This document shows, piece after piece, positions 27,932-32,000 of a stretch of 32,000 bases of DNA; the stretch's first letter is position 1; every line of letters begins with the position of its first letter. Below the pieces are notes generated by a model. The model did not search any database. It worked only from the letters and a program-made list of their open reading frames with translations, and was not told the DNA's origin. A program made the position numbers and the translations under genes. The stretch spans positions 480,001-512,000 of the forward strand of contig NC_018655.1 in the NCBI RefSeq assembly GCF_000299365.1, read 5' to 3'. Origin of the DNA: Candidatus Nitrosopumilus koreensis AR1. Its GTDB lineage: Archaea > Thermoproteota > Nitrososphaeria > Nitrososphaerales > Nitrosopumilaceae.

Positions 27932-28264
27932 ATGACAGTAACTGTTACTAGAAAACCTGGAGGAATAACACAATTATTCAATACTGATACAGGTCGCGTA
28001 ACTTACAAGTGCAAAGCAGATTCTGCATACATGTTAATTGAGGCATTTGGTGGAATTGTAAAGTTTAATCAAAAAAATGCAATGGCTACAGTTACTGGAC
28101 ATGTAACATCTTTGGAATCTTGTGATGTTCTAAAGAATGGACATCCAGAATACAAGGATGCATTAACTGCAATAATTACAGCACACAAAGAATTTGCAAA
28201 AAGTGTTTCAGATTCTTATCAAAAAGAAATTACAGAACTTGAAAACAAATTATCTGGTATCTAG
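27932..28264 (+). CDS. Hypothetical protein (110 aa)
   Basis: Full ORF with an independent start downstream of ferritin. Confidence 0.6.
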   Translation: MTVTVTRKPGGITQLFNTDTGRVTYKCKADSAYMLIEAFGGIVKFNQKNAMATVTGHVTSLESCDVLKNGHPEYKDALTAIITAHKEFAKSVSDSYQKEITELENKLSGI

Positions 28265-28371
28265 AATTTGCATTTTTCACATTTACAACCTTTAACCAAA
28301 CACTTTCCATTTCCATCCATGTGGATTGAATTATCATGGTAGCATCCAATCTTATCATTACCACATTTCAT
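28261..28371 (-). CDS. Cys-rich microprotein (36 aa): MKCGNDKIGCYHDNSIHMDGNGKCLVKGCKCEKCKF
   Basis: Hand translation; ATG, TAG; 6 Cys and 2 His. Confidence 0.5.
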   Translation of the reverse strand: MKCGNDKIGCYHDNSIHMDGNGKCLVKGCKCEKCKF

Positions 28372-28391
28372 TTTAGTTCTCCATTCTAGAA

Positions 28392-28502
28392 TTACTTTTT
28401 TGGTTCATCATGCTCTTTGCCAATATGGGTGGCAAGATTAATTACACTGTTGCCGAAATCTTTCCCACAAAATTTGCATTGGAAATTATATTCATTTGGC
28501 AA
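28392..28502 (-). CDS. C2H2-like zinc finger microprotein (36 aa): MPNEYNFQCKFCGKDFGNSVINLATHIGKEHDEPKK
   Basis: Hand translation, TTG start; C-x2-C-x12-H-x4-H. Confidence 0.55.
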   Translation of the reverse strand: MPNEYNFQCKFCGKDFGNSVINLATHIGKEHDEPKK

Positions 28503-28554
28503 GACTAATCCTTGAAAATAATATTATTAAAAAATTTCCTGATTTTTGGTTGAT

Positions 28555-28728
28555 TTATCCATAAATCATACAATGTTCGCATTCACAAACATCTTGTTTC
28601 TTTGCTTTTTTCAAACAATTTCTATGTTGTCCTGCTTGACATTGTACACAAATCTCATCAATATTATCAACATTGGTATACTTCTTTGATTGATCAAATC
28701 CAAAACCTCCGTCTCGTGGACCTACCAT
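28555..28728 (-). CDS. Cys-rich microprotein (57 aa): MVGPRDGGFGFDQSKKYTNVDNIDEICVQCQAGQHRNCLKKAKKQDVCECEHCMIYG
   Basis: Hand translation; ATG, TAA; CVQC...C...CECEHC. Confidence 0.6.
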   Translation of the reverse strand: MVGPRDGGFGFDQSKKYTNVDNIDEICVQCQAGQHRNCLKKAKKQDVCECEHCMIYG

Positions 28729-28759
28729 GATTTTGAATATGTGATGTAGTATTTCTAGT

Positions 28760-29062
28760 TCACTGTTTTATGGCAGATTTTATTGTATTGTACATTTCAT
28801 TTTTGTGTTCTTCAATAATTCCTCTTATCTCAAATGAATCGACATATCCTCCCGCTGATGCTCTGGTTGCTTTAAGTAAATAATGTAATGCACCTTCTTC
28901 AATTTTTCCAACATAATATCCATACAGAAAGTCTATTTCATTTTCACACTTCCAAATTTTTTTAATATTTGGAAATGTTTGTTTTATTTCTGTATCTATT
29001 TCTAAAATTCTATTTTTTATGTATTGGTCAAGTGATTTTCTTATTGTAGAATTTTGAAGCAA
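28760..29062 (-). CDS. Hypothetical protein (100 aa)
   Basis: ORF with coding-like composition. Confidence 0.6.
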   Translation of the reverse strand: MLQNSTIRKSLDQYIKNRILEIDTEIKQTFPNIKKIWKCENEIDFLYGYYVGKIEEGALHYLLKATRASAGGYVDSFEIRGIIEEHKNEMYNTIKSAIKQ

Positions 29063-29088
29063 TTGTACATTGTTTAGAATACTTGTTT

Positions 29089-29232
29089 TTAGTCCTTTTT
29101 CTTATCTTTTGCATCATCTGGGTTGTCCCACATGTGCATGGTTCCTCTGATCATAAATGAGCCTACAATAATAGCTACCAATCCTCCAACAATGAATACA
29201 AAAAATCTCCCCACATCTTTTATGCTTGCCAA
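29089..29232 (-). CDS. Small membrane protein (47 aa): MASIKDVGRFFVFIVGGLVAIIVGSFMIRGTMHMWDNPDDAKDKKKD
   Basis: Hand translation, TTG start with in-frame stop upstream. Confidence 0.55.
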   Translation of the reverse strand: MASIKDVGRFFVFIVGGLVAIIVGSFMIRGTMHMWDNPDDAKDKKKD

Positions 29233-29316
29233 TGATGGTTAATTGCTTTCATTCTAATTATAATTGTCTGAGCGATTTGATTAGATTCAATAATGAGATT
29301 GAATAATTTGTTTCAT

Positions 29317-29415
29317 ATGTCTAGGATTAAACAAATTGCCATTTGGATTGGAATTATCGGTGGGGGAATAGGATTCTTCTTCTTTTCTATAGAAGCTGCT
29401 GAATTTATGCGATAA
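29317..29415 (+). CDS. Tiny membrane peptide (32 aa): MSRIKQIAIWIGIIGGGIGFFFFSIEAAEFMR
   Basis: Hand translation. Confidence 0.4.
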   Translation: MSRIKQIAIWIGIIGGGIGFFFFSIEAAEFMR

Positions 29416-29455
29416 TTATCAAAAATTAATTACGTTGTAATAATTTCTAGAATTA

Positions 29456-29902
29456 TTGCCTGGAATTACTGAGGAAATTAAGAATTTTTTAGATTTACAA
29501 AAGTTAGGTTATGTTGCAACAGTTTCTTCTGATGGCACACCAAATCTTTCGCCCAAAGGCACCATAATCGGATGGTCCAAACATCAATTGGCATTTGCAG
29601 ATATTAGGTCCCCTGATACTGTGAAAAATTTGAAAACCAATCCGAATGTGGAAATAAATGTAATTGATCCGTTATTACGAAAAGGGTTTTTGTTTAAGGG
29701 TGTGGCCAAAATTATAAAAGATGTTCCTCCTTACGATGATATTTTAAAATATTATCGCAATAATGGTATCAAGAGTCCAATTGACTCAATCATACTCGTT
29801 GATGTTGTTAATGTCTCAGAGGTCACATCTCCTTTATATGATCTAGGAATAGGTGAAGAAGAAATTAAATCAAAATGGAAAAAACATTTTGATAATTTAT
29901 GA
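29456..29902 (+). CDS. Pyridoxamine 5'-phosphate oxidase-family FMN-binding protein
   Basis: GYVATVSSDGTPNLSPKGTIIGW...LAFADIRSPDTVKNLKTNPNVEINVIDP. Confidence 0.88.
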   Translation: MPGITEEIKNFLDLQKLGYVATVSSDGTPNLSPKGTIIGWSKHQLAFADIRSPDTVKNLKTNPNVEINVIDPLLRKGFLFKGVAKIIKDVPPYDDILKYYRNNGIKSPIDSIILVDVVNVSEVTSPLYDLGIGEEEIKSKWKKHFDNL

Positions 29903-30655
29903 TTCTTGTTTTTCTGATTTGAGCTTCTCTAACTCTTTTTTTGTTTCTTCGTGTTCTTCTCTTTCTTTTTCTAAAAGTGACTGAATTGCCTCTAATTCCT
30001 TTTGTGTCATGCTAAGTTTTGATTTTAATGAGCCTACAACAGCACTTGCTGCTTCGATTATTCCTGCTGAACTTTTGTTATTACCTTGAATGAATTCTTT
30101 TTCTTTTGGCGTAAGGATACTGGTATCTTGAAATTGATCTTTTTTATCAAGTTCTTCTTTTGCATTGTACAACCGTGAATTTGCTTCGTCTAGTTCTTTT
30201 TCTGCATCGATTTGCTGTTTTCTAATTTGCAATAATGTTGATTGTTCTGTTGCAATTTTCACTTTAGTTTCTTCATATTCTTTTGTAATTTTTTCTAACT
30301 CTTGTTTTATCTTTGATAGATTCTCTTGTGTTTTTCCAAACTCTTTAAATGATTTTGAATCTTTAATTTCCTCTGATTTTTTTATCTTTTCCTTAATTTC
30401 TTTGTGTTCACGAATAACTATGTCTAATTCCATTTTTTTCTGATTGAGTTCTTTTTTTACTAACATCAAACTACTTACTGATGTTTCGTATTCCTCTTTG
30501 ACTGATTCTACTTTTTTTTGAATATTGTCTAATTCTTCTTGTTTTGTTCTAAATTCTTTTTGTAGATTTTCTACCTCTGCCTCTAATTCTTCTTTTAGAA
30601 CATACTCGTCACTGTTTTCTGATACCGTATCCTCTTTTTTACTAAAAAATTTCAT
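29897..30655 (-). CDS. Long coiled-coil protein
   Basis: Extended heptad-like E/K/L-rich sequence, 252 aa. Confidence 0.75.
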   Translation of the reverse strand: MKFFSKKEDTVSENSDEYVLKEELEAEVENLQKEFRTKQEELDNIQKKVESVKEEYETSVSSLMLVKKELNQKKMELDIVIREHKEIKEKIKKSEEIKDSKSFKEFGKTQENLSKIKQELEKITKEYEETKVKIATEQSTLLQIRKQQIDAEKELDEANSRLYNAKEELDKKDQFQDTSILTPKEKEFIQGNNKSSAGIIEAASAVVGSLKSKLSMTQKELEAIQSLLEKEREEHEETKKELEKLKSEKQES

Positions 30656-30694
30656 TTCATATCTCCACGTTTTCTCTAAAAGATGAATCTTTCT

Positions 30695-30895
30695 TTATTG
30701 TTGTTTTGTTCTATGTCTCAAAAATTTGAGGTAAAATCCCAGTCCGCCAATTGCTAGACCTGCTATCCATGTTACTATGCTCAAACTTTTTGGAACTATT
30801 GCTTCTTGTGGGCCTATAATTAACAATAATGCACCTAAAATGATCAAAGCAAATCCTCCACTGTTTTTTGATTTGTTGTGCTCAGAATGAACCAT
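30695..30895 (-). CDS. Small two-helix membrane protein (66 aa)
   Basis: GGFALIILGALLLIIGPQ and IVTWIAGLAIGGLGFYL. Confidence 0.6.
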   Translation of the reverse strand: MVHSEHNKSKNSGGFALIILGALLLIIGPQEAIVPKSLSIVTWIAGLAIGGLGFYLKFLRHRTKQQ

Positions 30896-30898
30896 TTT

Positions 30899-32000
30899 CT
30901 ATGTGTACTCTGATAGTTTCTTTGCTACTTGCTTTCTTCCTATATCTGAAATGAAAGGTCCAATTTTGGGTCCTCTGGATGTTCCTAGGATAATCTGATA
31001 CAATATTTTAAAGAAATCTTTTGGTTGGACATCATTTGCTTTTGCAATTTGATAAATTGTATTTTGAATATCTTCAGGTTCTTCATCTGCTCCAAGTGTA
31101 TCTGCTAGAATTTTTAATGCTTTTTTTGCAGTTTCATCTAAATCAATTTGAGTTTTTTCTTGCTCATCAAATTCATCTGAATAGTTTCCTGCAAGTTCAA
31201 TGAGTTTCTCGATTTCTGGTTCAGGATTTTTTATTACTCCATAATCAAGTAATTTTTTCATCACTCTTTCATTTCTGTTTTCTTTGAATATTTTTGCTAA
31301 TTCAATTAACAGTCTGTAATTTACATGTGTACTTGCTTGTTTTGGTGGATTTAGAAGATTAACATATTCGTAAAGTCCTTTTGATTTTACAAGTTTTGCT
31401 TTGTTGTCTATTTTGACTCTTCCAAAGTTTATGTCTTCTAGTTCATTGTATTCATTCATTAATGATGGTATGTCTTCTAATCCTAATTCTCGAGCTCCTG
31501 TAATTCTCTTGTAAAGTAATAACAAAATTGATTTTGGGCTTCCAAATTCTAACCATCTTTGTGCAGTCAATACGTTTCCTAATGATTTTGAAATCTTTTT
31601 TCCTCCTTTGTCTAGGAACATTTCATATTTCACGTGATGAGGATGTGGGAAATCTAAAATTTCATCAGCTACCCAATCATTTACTTTAACCGAATCCATG
31701 ATGTCTTTTCCATATGCTTCAAATCTAATATCAAATGCTGCCCATCTTGCAGCAAATTCCACTTTCCATGCTAATTTCCCAAGGTCTTTTGCAATGTCTG
31801 CTTCTCCTTCGTGGCCACAGCCTTTGATCATTTTTGAGCCTATTTCTGCGTCATGACATCTGTACTTGACTTTTTTTTCATCTATGATGTATTCTGTTGC
31901 TTCTGCAGTATAGAGGCGATTACAGTTTGCACATACTGGAAAATATGGCAAGTATTTTTGATATTTTTCTTGTCCTACTAGTTCTGAAATTTTTTCACCA
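30899..32000 (-). CDS. lysS: Lysyl-tRNA synthetase, class I (N-terminus beyond window edge)
   Basis: GGKKISKSLGNVLTAQRWLEFGSPKSILLLLYKRI (KMSKS-like motif) and FPVCANCNRLYT. Frame stays open to 32000. Confidence 0.93.
   Translation of the reverse strand, partial: GEKISELVGQEKYQKYLPYFPVCANCNRLYTAEATEYIIDEKKVKYRCHDAEIGSKMIKGCGHEGEADIAKDLGKLAWKVEFAARWAAFDIRFEAYGKDIMDSVKVNDWVADEILDFPHPHHVKYEMFLDKGGKKISKSLGNVLTAQRWLEFGSPKSILLLLYKRITGARELGLEDIPSLMNEYNELEDINFGRVKIDNKAKLVKSKGLYEYVNLLNPPKQASTHVNYRLLIELAKIFKENRNERVMKKLLDYGVIKNPEPEIEKLIELAGNYSDEFDEQEKTQIDLDETAKKALKILADTLGADEEPEDIQNTIYQIAKANDVQPKDFFKILYQIILGTSRGPKIGPFISDIGRKQVAKKLSEYT

Noticed and set aside
1-32000. Defence islands, prophage, transposons, CRISPR-Cas
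   Set aside because: No cas, restriction, toxin-antitoxin, integrase or transposase signatures seen among the translated ORFs.

Overview
AT-rich archaeal window. Gene content and protein signatures suggest Thaumarchaeota / Nitrosopumilales, by recall rather than by database search. It carries (i) a GNA1-like acetyltransferase + NDP-sugar pyrophosphorylase pair, (ii) thiamine genes thiD-thiN fusion and thiC, (iii) a near-complete minus-strand archaeal-type shikimate/chorismate/prephenate cluster (tyrA, chorismate mutase-aminotransferase fusion, aroC, aroA, GHMP shikimate kinase, aroE, aroD, DHQ synthase II, ADH synthase), (iv) an MqnC-like radical SAM gene convergent with a UbiD-like decarboxylase, (v) Bcp peroxiredoxin, aquaporin, FMN reductase, Tag glycosylase, a divergent Nramp-like transporter, ferritin, a PPOX-family protein, and class I lysyl-tRNA synthetase running off the right edge, and (vi) one tRNA-Arg(GCG). 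No CRISPR array, transposase, prophage or rRNA was recognised. The most interesting unlisted material is: a GC-rich structured element at 8546-8629 (11-bp closing helix, GAAA-capped hairpin, second arm) whose G.U pair and tetraloop favour the plus strand, a candidate ncRNA; a set of sub-60-aa Cys-knuckle microproteins missing from the ORF track, including three in tandem at 28261-28728 and two sharing the pattern CxxCGxxFxxxKxxFCSxxC; several tiny one-helix membrane peptides; a one-base frameshift in a repeat-rich protein gene at 17392-17857; and hairpin or switch-like inverted repeats at 20775-20889, 22170-22264 and 22721-22793.
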